From: Pseudomonadota bacterium
Lineage (GTDB): Bacteria; Bdellovibrionota; Bdellovibrionia; Bdellovibrionales; Bdellovibrionaceae
NCBI GenBank assembly: GCA_041178425.1
Contig: JBEGVH010000031.1
Coordinates: forward strand, 64,001 to 128,000
Length of the DNA stretch: 64,000 bases
Reading direction: 5' to 3'
Shown here: one piece after another, positions 44,912-53,217 of the stretch
How positions within the stretch are numbered: position 1 is the first letter of the stretch
Layout: the number at the start of each line of letters is the position of its first letter
Notes under the pieces: model-generated
Told to the model about the DNA's origin: nothing
The model's input: the letters and a program-made list of their open reading frames with translations, nothing else
Database searches by the model: none
Made by a program: the position numbers and the translations under genes

Positions 44912-46474
44912 ATGTTTTTAACAACGATTGTATTTTTACCTGTAGTTTTTGCTCTTATTCTTTTGATTTGGCCGAGCGAAAAAACATTGAGACCACTAGC
45001 CTTAGCGTTCAGCTTGGTGGAGCTAGCGATCAGTTTGCTCGTTCTTCAAATGTTTGATCCAAGCTCAGCTAAGATTCAGCTTGTAGAGAACTATGCTTGG
45101 ATTGAGCGTTTTGGAATTCGGTACTTTCTTGGTATCGACGGAATTTCACTTTGGCTTGTTTTATTAACAACGTTCCTCTTGCCAGTGACAATACTTGGAA
45201 GCTGGAAAGCGATTCAAGAGCGGGTTAAGGGATTTCATATTTCTTTGTTCATCTTGCAAACAGCCATGCTTGGTACTTTTTTAGCCCTCGATGGAGTCTT
45301 TTTCTATTTGTTTTGGGAACTCTCTCTTGTGCCAATGTACTTTATTATTGGAATTTGGGGTGGGGCCCGACGCATTTATGCAACGGTTAAGTTTTTTATC
45401 TATACAATGATTGGCTCTGTATTAATGCTTGTGGCTCTCATTTATTTGATGCTTCTAACTCAGGAAGCGACTGGCCAAATGAGTGCAAGCATCCTCGATT
45501 TTTACAAACTCGACATACCTTTTATTAATGGTCAGTTTTTGAGTCCGCAAACCTTAATGTTTTTTGCTTTCGCATTGGCGTTTGCGATTAAAGTTCCAGC
45601 CTTTCCATTTCATACCTGGTTGCCAGATGCCCACGTTGAGGCTCCCACTCCAGGTTCGGTCATCCTTGCGGGTGTAATGCTAAAAATGGGTACCTATGGA
45701 TTTCTTCGTTGGGCCATTCCCATTTTTCCTCAAGCTGCACAACATTACGCGTGGGTATTTTTCGTTATTGGTGCTGTTGGAATCGTTTACGGCGCCTGGG
45801 TAGCTATGGTTCAGCCCGATGTTAAGAAGCTCGTTGCTTATTCATCAGTCTCTCACATGGGCTATGTCCTTTTGGGTATGTTTGCGATGAATATTCAAGG
45901 GGTGTCGGGTGCCCTTTATCAAATGCTAAACCACGGTATTAGTACAGGAGCTCTCTTCTTACTAATCGGTATGATTTACGAGAGAACCCATACGCGAATG
46001 ATTAGCAAATATGGTGGTCTGGCTAGCAAGATGCCGATCTATACTATCTTTTTCTTTATTGCGCTTTTATCGAGTATAGCGGTGCCGCTAACAAATGGCT
46101 TTATCGGTGAGTTTCTTATTCTCTTCGGAACCTTCAAGGCGAATACGATCATTGGCTCTATCGCAGTGACCGGTGTCGTTTTTGGTGCTGTTTATATGCT
46201 ATGGATGTTTAAACGAGTATTTTTTGGAAAACCTGGCGAGGTTGTAGATGATGAACACCATCCGCTCGAAGACCTTTCAGTGAGAGAAATTACTGTGCTC
46301 GTTCCTTTGATGATTTTAGTTTTCTGGATGGGTATTTTTCCAGGACATTTTCTGAAGTACTCAGAGGCCAGCCTCAATCATTTTATTGAAAATCACCAGA
46401 ACTACCAACTTTCTGTGTTGGATCACTCAGCCGAAACTCAGGTAGCAGTAAAGGATCAGACTTATGGAAATTAA
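44912..46474 (+). CDS. nuoM: NADH-quinone oxidoreductase subunit M
   Basis: KVPAFPFHTWLPDAHVEAPT, LKMGTYG, KKLVAYSSVSHMG. Confidence 0.97.
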   Translation: MFLTTIVFLPVVFALILLIWPSEKTLRPLALAFSLVELAISLLVLQMFDPSSAKIQLVENYAWIERFGIRYFLGIDGISLWLVLLTTFLLPVTILGSWKAIQERVKGFHISLFILQTAMLGTFLALDGVFFYLFWELSLVPMYFIIGIWGGARRIYATVKFFIYTMIGSVLMLVALIYLMLLTQEATGQMSASILDFYKLDIPFINGQFLSPQTLMFFAFALAFAIKVPAFPFHTWLPDAHVEAPTPGSVILAGVMLKMGTYGFLRWAIPIFPQAAQHYAWVFFVIGAVGIVYGAWVAMVQPDVKKLVAYSSVSHMGYVLLGMFAMNIQGVSGALYQMLNHGISTGALFLLIGMIYERTHTRMISKYGGLASKMPIYTIFFFIALLSSIAVPLTNGFIGEFLILFGTFKANTIIGSIAVTGVVFGAVYMLWMFKRVFFGKPGEVVDDEHHPLEDLSVREITVLVPLMILVFWMGIFPGHFLKYSEASLNHFIENHQNYQLSVLDHSAETQVAVKDQTYGN

Positions 46475-47927
46475 TTTAGGGCTTCAAGACCTTTTAAGAA
46501 TTACTCCACTCATTGCTCTCTTTATTACTAGCTTGCTTCCTATCTCAATAAAGGTGTTGAACGGCAACAAGGAACCGAATCCTCTTGTTGCGCTTTCGAT
46601 TGGGCTGTTAGGCTCCCTTGTAAGCGCTATGTTTCTTGGTATTTTTCAAGGTGAGGGTAACCCTGCATTTCATCGTGCTCTTGTGTTTGATGGATTGACC
46701 TTTTGGGTGGGTATCTCTGCTTTGATTGTCACGATGGGGGCATTGTTGTTGGCCTACGAAAGCCCATCAACAGACAAGAATCTTTTTTCTGAGTACGTGT
46801 TTTTGTTGCTCAGTTCGGCGCTTGGAATGCTAGTGTTAATATCGGCTCTTGATTTGCTGGTAGTGTTCATTGGACTCGAGATCATGTCGCTTTCCCTTTA
46901 CCTGTTGATCGCTATGGGTAGTGAACAGAAGCTCAGTAAAGAATCTGCATTTAAATACTTTCTATTAGGAAGCTTTGCTTCCGCTATAATGCTTTATGGC
47001 GTGTCGTTTCTCTACGGGACGGCTGGATCAACATACATTTCTGATATTGTTGAAAGGGCGCCTGATTTCATTTCTTCAAGTCGGCTTTTTCTTATTGGGG
47101 TTGGCCTTGTTATTGTTGGATTTTGTTTCAAGGTTTCCATTGTTCCTTTTCATGCTTGGACACCAGACGTTTACCAGGGTGCTGCAACGCCATTGTCAGC
47201 TTATATGTCGACGGCCGTTAAATTGGGTTCAATGGCCGCGTTTTTGCGCTTTGTAACAATAAAGCCGCTCGCGTACTCTGAAAACTTATTAGATATTGTT
47301 CAGTGGCTCGCCGTTCTTACTATGATTGTGGGTAACGTCGCAGCGATTCGGCAAGAGAGTGTTAAGAGAATGCTTGCCTACTCTTCAGTCGCTCACTCAG
47401 GCTATCTATTGGTGGGCGTACTTTCGAGCTCGATTAGTGCGAATAGCTCTTTTGCCCAGTCGGGTGTGATTTTCTACTTAATCAGCTATGCGATTATGAC
47501 ATTTGGTGCCTTTGCCGTTGTTAATATTTTCGAAGTCAACGAGAACACTCAGCTTTTGGTGGGTGATATGGCAGGCTTCTCAAAACGAAGACCTGTTCTG
47601 GCGTTTTGCTTAACTTTATTTTTGCTTTCATTGGCGGGCATTCCACCAACGGTTGGATTTTTTGGTAAATTCTATTTATTCTCTGCTGCTTTAGCTGAAG
47701 GAAGATTATGGGCCGTTCTTTGGGGGGTCATTAACTCCGTCATTAGCGTGTACTATTACCTCCGCCCGATTGTGTTGATGTATATGCATGATAGCAACAA
47801 AGAAGAAGACGCCGAGCGCTCCATTCCTGCCACGGAAATTGCTATTGTTGTCACAATGATTCTAGTGGTGAGCCTTGGATTTTTTAGCGATTACCTCTTC
47901 AAGGCTGTTGAGAAGTCCCTCTTATAA
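46464..47927 (+). CDS. nuoN: NADH-quinone oxidoreductase subunit N
   Basis: ESAFKYFLLG, FKVSIVPFHAWTPDVYQGA, KRMLAYSSVAHSGY, SLAGIPPT. Confidence 0.96.
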   Translation: MEINLGLQDLLRITPLIALFITSLLPISIKVLNGNKEPNPLVALSIGLLGSLVSAMFLGIFQGEGNPAFHRALVFDGLTFWVGISALIVTMGALLLAYESPSTDKNLFSEYVFLLLSSALGMLVLISALDLLVVFIGLEIMSLSLYLLIAMGSEQKLSKESAFKYFLLGSFASAIMLYGVSFLYGTAGSTYISDIVERAPDFISSSRLFLIGVGLVIVGFCFKVSIVPFHAWTPDVYQGAATPLSAYMSTAVKLGSMAAFLRFVTIKPLAYSENLLDIVQWLAVLTMIVGNVAAIRQESVKRMLAYSSVAHSGYLLVGVLSSSISANSSFAQSGVIFYLISYAIMTFGAFAVVNIFEVNENTQLLVGDMAGFSKRRPVLAFCLTLFLLSLAGIPPTVGFFGKFYLFSAALAEGRLWAVLWGVINSVISVYYYLRPIVLMYMHDSNKEEDAERSIPATEIAIVVTMILVVSLGFFSDYLFKAVEKSLL

Positions 47928-49121
47928 GCCATATTTTCTCATGGTAGAGATCGCAGATTTGAAACCTATTCTTGCGATCTTTGCCATAATCTTTGGATTT
48001 AGGCTAAAGTGATCCACGAAAAACATCTCGTAGTTCTGTGGCCGAGGATGAATGTACATATAATCTACATTGGGCTTATAATTCACTTTCTGTTCAATAA
48101 TTTCTAAAATTTTGCTTCGATGTTCTTTATCGACATGAGCTTGGCGTAAATAACCCTCAACGGCATTATAGATAAGCCTGATTTCCTGTTGGTGTTCGAT
48201 ATGTTTTTCGATCTTTTGTTGAATTACCTGATAGAGAGCTTGATTCATTATGACGGGAATTCCGTACTGATGGAGACTGCCCATTTCGGGAGTAAAGTGG
48301 TATGGCTGAACGGAATAACTCGAAATGACCAGATCGGCGCCGTGATCAACGGCCACGTGAGTTGAGAGAGTGTCACGGATTTCCCCATCGAAAAAGAACA
48401 TTTCTTTTCCATCTTTTTGTTTAATGCCATAGGGCGCATAAACCGGCGGTAGTGAAGCAGACGCAGCGACGGCTTCGCTAATCTTCGCATAATTAGAGTA
48501 GAGAATTTTTTTATCCTTAGACGCTTCATCGAAGTTTCCAAAGATAACTTTGCGAGAGTGGTTAAGTTGGGTTCCGATAATGAAGAGTTCAACTCCGAGT
48601 CGTTCGAAATCATTCACTGGTAGTACATATTTGCGAAGATAGGATTCTACTCCTCGGGTGGTGAAAAGGCCATTAATGGAAAAAGCATGTTTTAAAAGAG
48701 ACTCCCATCCACCAGAGAGGACGGATCTTCGCTTTAAAAAATTAGGCACAGACTTCATAAGCCCTTGGGTGTTGAGTGCAAACATGTGGCGATAGCTTAA
48801 GGGCTTTAATTCGTTGATACCGAACTCATCAAAAACCTTATTATAACCAAGTCCCACTTCGAAAGCATTAACGAGGCTTTCAATGGTGTACCCAGAAGCC
48901 AAAACCGCACTGATGAAAGAGCCTGCGCTTGATCCGACATAGAGGCGAATGGTCATGGAGTCGTCGGGCCTTGAAACTCTCTGAATAGACTCAGGCGTTC
49001 CCCCCAGAAACCGAAACCCCTTTTCTTTAAGGGCCAAACAAACGCCAATATGAAAGGCAGCGGCCTTAATTCCACCACCGCTAAGGACTAGTGCTATTTT
49101 CTTTTTCTCTTTAATTTTCAT
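47922..49121 (-). CDS. Patatin-like phospholipase
   Basis: LVLSGGGIKA oxyanion motif, GSSAG nucleophile elbow, ASASLP, DGE catalytic Asp motif. Confidence 0.88.
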   Translation of the reverse strand: MKIKEKKKIALVLSGGGIKAAAFHIGVCLALKEKGFRFLGGTPESIQRVSRPDDSMTIRLYVGSSAGSFISAVLASGYTIESLVNAFEVGLGYNKVFDEFGINELKPLSYRHMFALNTQGLMKSVPNFLKRRSVLSGGWESLLKHAFSINGLFTTRGVESYLRKYVLPVNDFERLGVELFIIGTQLNHSRKVIFGNFDEASKDKKILYSNYAKISEAVAASASLPPVYAPYGIKQKDGKEMFFFDGEIRDTLSTHVAVDHGADLVISSYSVQPYHFTPEMGSLHQYGIPVIMNQALYQVIQQKIEKHIEHQQEIRLIYNAVEGYLRQAHVDKEHRSKILEIIEQKVNYKPNVDYMYIHPRPQNYEMFFVDHFSLNPKIMAKIARIGFKSAISTMRKYGL

Positions 49122-49254
49122 TACTTCTGTATCTCATAGGTTCGATGTCAAAAAAACACCACATGCGTCGATAAATAAAATCAGTTGGCCACTAAGACAA
49201 TAAAGTTGGTGAGTAGGCTTGAGTATTCAAATGCCCTTAAATTAAACACCATTG

Positions 49255-49282
49255 TGTGGAAATCTGTGAATTCTGTGGATAA
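49255..49282. promoter_or_regulatory. DnaA-box cluster 1 (left of the array core)
   Basis: TGTGGAAAT 49255, TGTGAATTC 49265, perfect TGTGGATAA 49274; all co-oriented. Confidence 0.7.
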
Positions 49283-49491
49283 CTTTCATCTTTAGCTTAG
49301 CCGAACAAGACAAACCTGAGTACCCACTGACTATTCAATGACTACTCATGGATAGTCAGTGGGTATTCAATGGATACTCACTTGACCACTCTGACTACTC
49401 ACTGACTATCCATTGAGTATTCATGACTATCCAAAATTGCGATTTTTAAATGATAAAAGGCATTAAATGAGTACTCATTGAGTAATCAATT

Positions 49492-49530
49492 TGTGGGAAT
49501 GGCTGTGGATAATGTGGATATCGTGGAAAC
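49492..49530. promoter_or_regulatory. DnaA-box cluster 2 (right of the array core)
   Basis: TGTGGGAAT 49492, perfect TGTGGATAA 49504, TGTGGATAT 49513, CGTGGAAAC 49522; the last three are head-to-tail. Confidence 0.75.
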
Positions 49531-49552
49531 TGACTACTCAATTGAATAGTCA

Positions 49553-49581
49553 TTGCCTTTGGTACAAAATTTTTTCATACT
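49553..49581 (+). promoter_or_regulatory. Putative sigma70 promoter of the HTH gene
   Basis: TTGCCT-N17-CATACT immediately after the last palindromic unit; AGGGGG SD at 49612-49617. Confidence 0.5.
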
Positions 49582-49625
49582 CGCGACCGCTTCGCAGGTT
49601 AGAAGCGCCGTAGGGGGATAAGTTT

Positions 49626-49997
49626 ATGGATCAGTGGCTGCCCGTTCTAGATTATGCGGTTAATAACCGAGTCAGTGTCAGCACATTGCGGCGCCGCATT
49701 AAATCCCAAACAGTTGAATACAAGCTTGAGCAGGGCCGTTACCTCATTCGAACGGAATTTCATCCAGAAGGTTCCGATGTTTTATCGGGGAGCGCGTCTG
49801 CCGACTCCATCATGGTGGTGCAAGGCTTGGTGTCTGAACTTAAGAAAGCGTATGGCTTAGTTTTGGCTGAAAAAGAGGAGCTCATTCAGCAGCTTCGCTC
49901 AGAGATAGAGACCCTGAGAAACATAAATAAATTTCTCGAGCTTCAGATCATGAATGACGGAAGAGTCCAAAGTAATTCCCAAGAATTAAACTACTAG
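49626..49997 (+). CDS. Small putative DNA-binding protein: N-terminal Xis/MerR-like (HTH_17-type) winged HTH plus C-terminal coiled coil
   Basis: WLPVLDYAVNNRVSVSTLRRRIKSQTVEYKLEQGRYLI fits the excisionase-type wHTH pattern; LAEKEELIQQLRSEIETLRNINKFLE heptads; strong SD. Confidence 0.75.
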   Translation: MDQWLPVLDYAVNNRVSVSTLRRRIKSQTVEYKLEQGRYLIRTEFHPEGSDVLSGSASADSIMVVQGLVSELKKAYGLVLAEKEELIQQLRSEIETLRNINKFLELQIMNDGRVQSNSQELNY

Positions 49998-50160
49998 TGT
50001 TTAGTTTTGGCCGACAATAATCAGGCCCAAAAGCCTAAGACCTTTGGTCGTAACATGAGTGTTATAGACCACCACTTTTAAGACTTTAAAAAAAACTCAG
50101 ACGACCGATGAGCTTCATGGCGAACTTTATCAAGGTTTGCCGAACCTCAAAGGAGTTTCC

Positions 50161-51441
50161 ATGGATGCGAAACGATTGCCGAGTTTAGTAATATTGTCTG
50201 CGATAGCACTGACACTCATTGGGTGCCAGCCTCCCCAAGAAAAAGCGTCGCTCATTATTGATGACCAAAATAGCCAATTTGCCGGAAAAGGATGCTATGG
50301 CCAATCACTCAAGGGTCGCTATCTCTTAACTTGGTCTGATGGAAGCGTTTCCCTTTTTAAGGGGTCGAGACAGCAGGTGGCTGAACTCGAACAACAATAC
50401 TCACCCAACAAAAAGCAGATTCTTATGATTGAGCAAGATCGCGAAATCAGCTTAAGAAATCTCAAAATAAATTCAGCAATAAGAACGCAATCACCAACTA
50501 TCAGTAGTGGAGTTTACTGGCAGGTTTGGGGGCAGGAAGACATTCAGGCTCAAGATCTCTGGAACCAAGGAATAAAAGGCGAGGGCGTTACCGTTGCTGT
50601 CATTGATACCGGCATTGATCTAACTCATCCGAGCTTGTCTGATAATATTTCAGTGAATGGGGGAGAAATTCCCAACAATCGTATTGATGATGATGGCAAT
50701 GGTCTTGTTGACGATTATCAAGGTTTCGATTTTGCTCACAAGATTCCTACGGCGCCAGCCGCGGATCACGGAACTCATGTGGCCGGAATTATTGTTGCTG
50801 AGCCAAGAAATAGTCCAATGGTGGGGGTTTCTCACAGGGCAAAAATTCTACCTCTCAACATAATGAGTGAGAATGGCGGTGGATCCTTGAGTGCCGCGGT
50901 TTTCGCTATTCAGTACGCAAAACAGCAGGGCGTGAAAGTGATCAATGCGAGCTGGGGCGGAGCTCTTTGTGCAGACACTCTTAAAAACACAATCAAATCT
51001 CTTGCCGACCATGATATTCTCTTTGTTTCCGCCGCTGGCAATGACGGTGTTGATATTGATGTTTATCCTGAATTTCCAGCCGGATTTGCGCTGCCAAATC
51101 AAATCACGGTGGGTGCCAGCGTGCAGTCGGGCCTCATGGCGGCCTTTTCAAATTACAGTCACAACAAAGTGCACGTGCTGGCCCCCGGTCACCAAATTTT
51201 GAGTTCAGTTCCCGGTGGATGGCTCCCTGCGAGTGGAACCAGCATGGCCGCTCCCTTTGTGTCGGGCTTGGCGGCACTCCTTTGGAGCAAGCATCCCGAG
51301 GCTACTCTCGCTCAAATTAAAAAAGCGATTACTACTTCGATCAATACGCCGAAGGAATACACTCCGGTGGTTGCAGGTGGTCGCATCAATGCTCCTTTAG
51401 CACTCGCCATGCTTGAGGCTCTCCTTAACGAAAAAGAGTAG
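50161..51441 (+). CDS. S8 (subtilisin-family) serine protease, probable lipoprotein (start ATG 50161)
   Basis: Catalytic triad motifs VIDTG, HGTHVAG, SGTSMAAP; lipobox LIGC; AAGGAG SD. Confidence 0.92.
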   Translation: MDAKRLPSLVILSAIALTLIGCQPPQEKASLIIDDQNSQFAGKGCYGQSLKGRYLLTWSDGSVSLFKGSRQQVAELEQQYSPNKKQILMIEQDREISLRNLKINSAIRTQSPTISSGVYWQVWGQEDIQAQDLWNQGIKGEGVTVAVIDTGIDLTHPSLSDNISVNGGEIPNNRIDDDGNGLVDDYQGFDFAHKIPTAPAADHGTHVAGIIVAEPRNSPMVGVSHRAKILPLNIMSENGGGSLSAAVFAIQYAKQQGVKVINASWGGALCADTLKNTIKSLADHDILFVSAAGNDGVDIDVYPEFPAGFALPNQITVGASVQSGLMAAFSNYSHNKVHVLAPGHQILSSVPGGWLPASGTSMAAPFVSGLAALLWSKHPEATLAQIKKAITTSINTPKEYTPVVAGGRINAPLALAMLEALLNEKE

Positions 51442-51661
51442 CCGAGCGCTCTCTCTATATATTGTGGTATAAAAACCACAATAAAAACCTCACTAAAAAC
51501 CTCACGGCTAAGAAAATTCATTCGAATTTAAAGGGAGGCTGCTTCACAGCTTCCCAAAACACCCTTTTTAGGCAGATTATGTCCCAATCCGTAGAGTGAT
51601 CGTAACTTCCTGGAAATCGGAGATTTTTTAGGGGCGGTCACAAAAAAAGGGGAGTCCATTT

Positions 51662-53215
51662 GTGAGTACAATTCAAGATAAACTGAATGATTTAGAGATT
51701 CGTAATGCAAAGGCGATGGAAGGCGGAGGAGCTAGTCGTCGGGAAAAACACAAGCAGGGTGGTCGCCTTACAGCGCGCGAGCGCTTGGATGTTCTCCTCG
51801 ATCCAGGTAGCTTTGTTGAAACGGATCGCTTTATCAACCATCGCTGTACTCATTTTGAAATGGCAAACAATAAGTTTCCGGGCGATGGAGTTATTACCGG
51901 TTATGGTCGCGTTAATGGAAAAACAGTTTTTGTTTTTAGCCAAGATTTTACGGTGCTTGGTGGAAGTATGTCGCGCACTCAAGCCAACAAAATTATTAAA
52001 ATTATGGATATGGCCATCAAAGCTGGCGCGCCCGTCATTGGCATCAATGATTCAGGTGGAGCGAGAATTCAAGAAGGCGTTGAAGCTCTTGGCGGATATG
52101 CAGATATCTTTTTGAGAAACACAATGGCTTCGGGTGTAATTCCTCAAATCAGCGCGATCATGGGCCCCTGTGCCGGGGGAGCGGTATACAGCCCGAGCAT
52201 CACAGACTTTGTGTTTATGGTGAAGGATACCAGCTACATGTTTGTGACTGGACCGGATGTTATCAAGGCGGTCACACACGAAGAGGTAACAAAAGAGCAA
52301 TTGGGAGGCGCGAGCACTCACAGTGCAAAATCGGGGGTCGCACATTTTGCTTGTGACACCGACAAACACACGCTTCTCATGATAAGAGAGCTTCTTAATT
52401 TCGTGCCCGGAAACAATTTGGATGAGCCGCCAATACTTGCCAATAAAGACAAGCCGGATCGCCTCTGTGAAGCTCTCAACGACATGATCCCCGATAATCC
52501 TAAAAAACCTTACGACATGCTTAAACTCATTAAAGAGGTCGTCGATGAGGGTTACTTCTTAGAGGTTCATCAAAACTACGCTGGAAACATCATTGTAGGT
52601 TTTGCCCGAATGAATGGTCGAAGTCTTGGGATTGTTGCGAACCAACCGCAAGTGCTCGCGGGATGTTTAAATATTGAAGCGAGTCGAAAAGCAGCGCGCT
52701 TTATTCGATTTTGTGACGCCTTTAATATTCCCATCGTTTCGTTTGTTGATGTTCCTGGATTTTTGCCTGGAACTGATCAGGAGTATAACGGAATTATCAC
52801 TCATGGTGCGAAACTCCTTTATGCCTATGCAGAGGCAACAGTGCCTAAGGTGACTCTCATTACTCGAAAGGCCTACGGTGGAGCTTATATCGTTATGGGC
52901 TCTAAGCTTCTCAGATCCGATGTCAACCTTGCCTACCCTTGCGCAGAGATTGCGGTTATGGGTGCTGATGGGGCTGTGAACATTATCTTTAGAGATAAAA
53001 TTGCAAAAGCCACTGACCCAGTCGCAGAAAGGCAACGACTAACCAAGGAATATGAAGAGAAGTTTAGTAACCCTTATGTGTCTGCAGAGCTTGGTTATAC
53101 TGATGAGGTTATTGAGCCGTCGATGACTCGCTTGAGAATCATCGAAGCACTTGAGATGCTGAAAACTAAAAAAGACGTCAACCCACCTAAAAAACATGGG
53201 AATATTCCCCTCTAA
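51662..53215 (+). CDS. pccB: Acyl-CoA (propionyl-CoA-type) carboxylase carboxyltransferase subunit
   Basis: [37 protein letters not shown]-terminal KKHGNIPL. Confidence 0.88.
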   Translation: MSTIQDKLNDLEIRNAKAMEGGGASRREKHKQGGRLTARERLDVLLDPGSFVETDRFINHRCTHFEMANNKFPGDGVITGYGRVNGKTVFVFSQDFTVLGGSMSRTQANKIIKIMDMAIKAGAPVIGINDSGGARIQEGVEALGGYADIFLRNTMASGVIPQISAIMGPCAGGAVYSPSITDFVFMVKDTSYMFVTGPDVIKAVTHEEVTKEQLGGASTHSAKSGVAHFACDTDKHTLLMIRELLNFVPGNNLDEPPILANKDKPDRLCEALNDMIPDNPKKPYDMLKLIKEVVDEGYFLEVHQNYAGNIIVGFARMNGRSLGIVANQPQVLAGCLNIEASRKAARFIRFCDAFNIPIVSFVDVPGFLPGTDQEYNGIITHGAKLLYAYAEATVPKVTLITRKAYGGAYIVMGSKLLRSDVNLAYPCAEIAVMGADGAVNIIFRDKIAKATDPVAERQRLTKEYEEKFSNPYVSAELGYTDEVIEPSMTRLRIIEALEMLKTKKDVNPPKKHGNIPL

Positions 53216-53217
53216 GG

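Larger units (their letters stand above)
49210..49552. repeat. Array of about 17 copies of the 10-bp palindrome TGRNTANYCA (ideal TGAGTACTCA), 11 near-contiguous at 49317-49433
   Basis: Units start at 49210 (degenerate), 49220, 49317, 49328, 49339, 49349, 49360, 49371, 49383 (9 nt), 49392, 49403, 49414, 49424, 49468, 49479, 49531 and 49543. Confidence 0.93.

Noticed and set aside
49317..49433. Array as a CRISPR or a simple microsatellite
   Set aside because: Units are 10 bp with 0-2 bp gaps, there are no unique spacers and no cas genes. Variation is concentrated at the R/N/Y positions and preserves the palindrome, which fits binding sites rather than slippage.
49210..49997. Integrated plasmid or prophage origin with an excisionase
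   Set aside because: No integrase, Rep, att duplication or phage genes are nearby, and the flanks are housekeeping genes.
50085..50146. Sigma28-like elements upstream of the S8 protease (ACCGATGA, GCCGAACC)
   Set aside because: No -35 element at the correct spacing.
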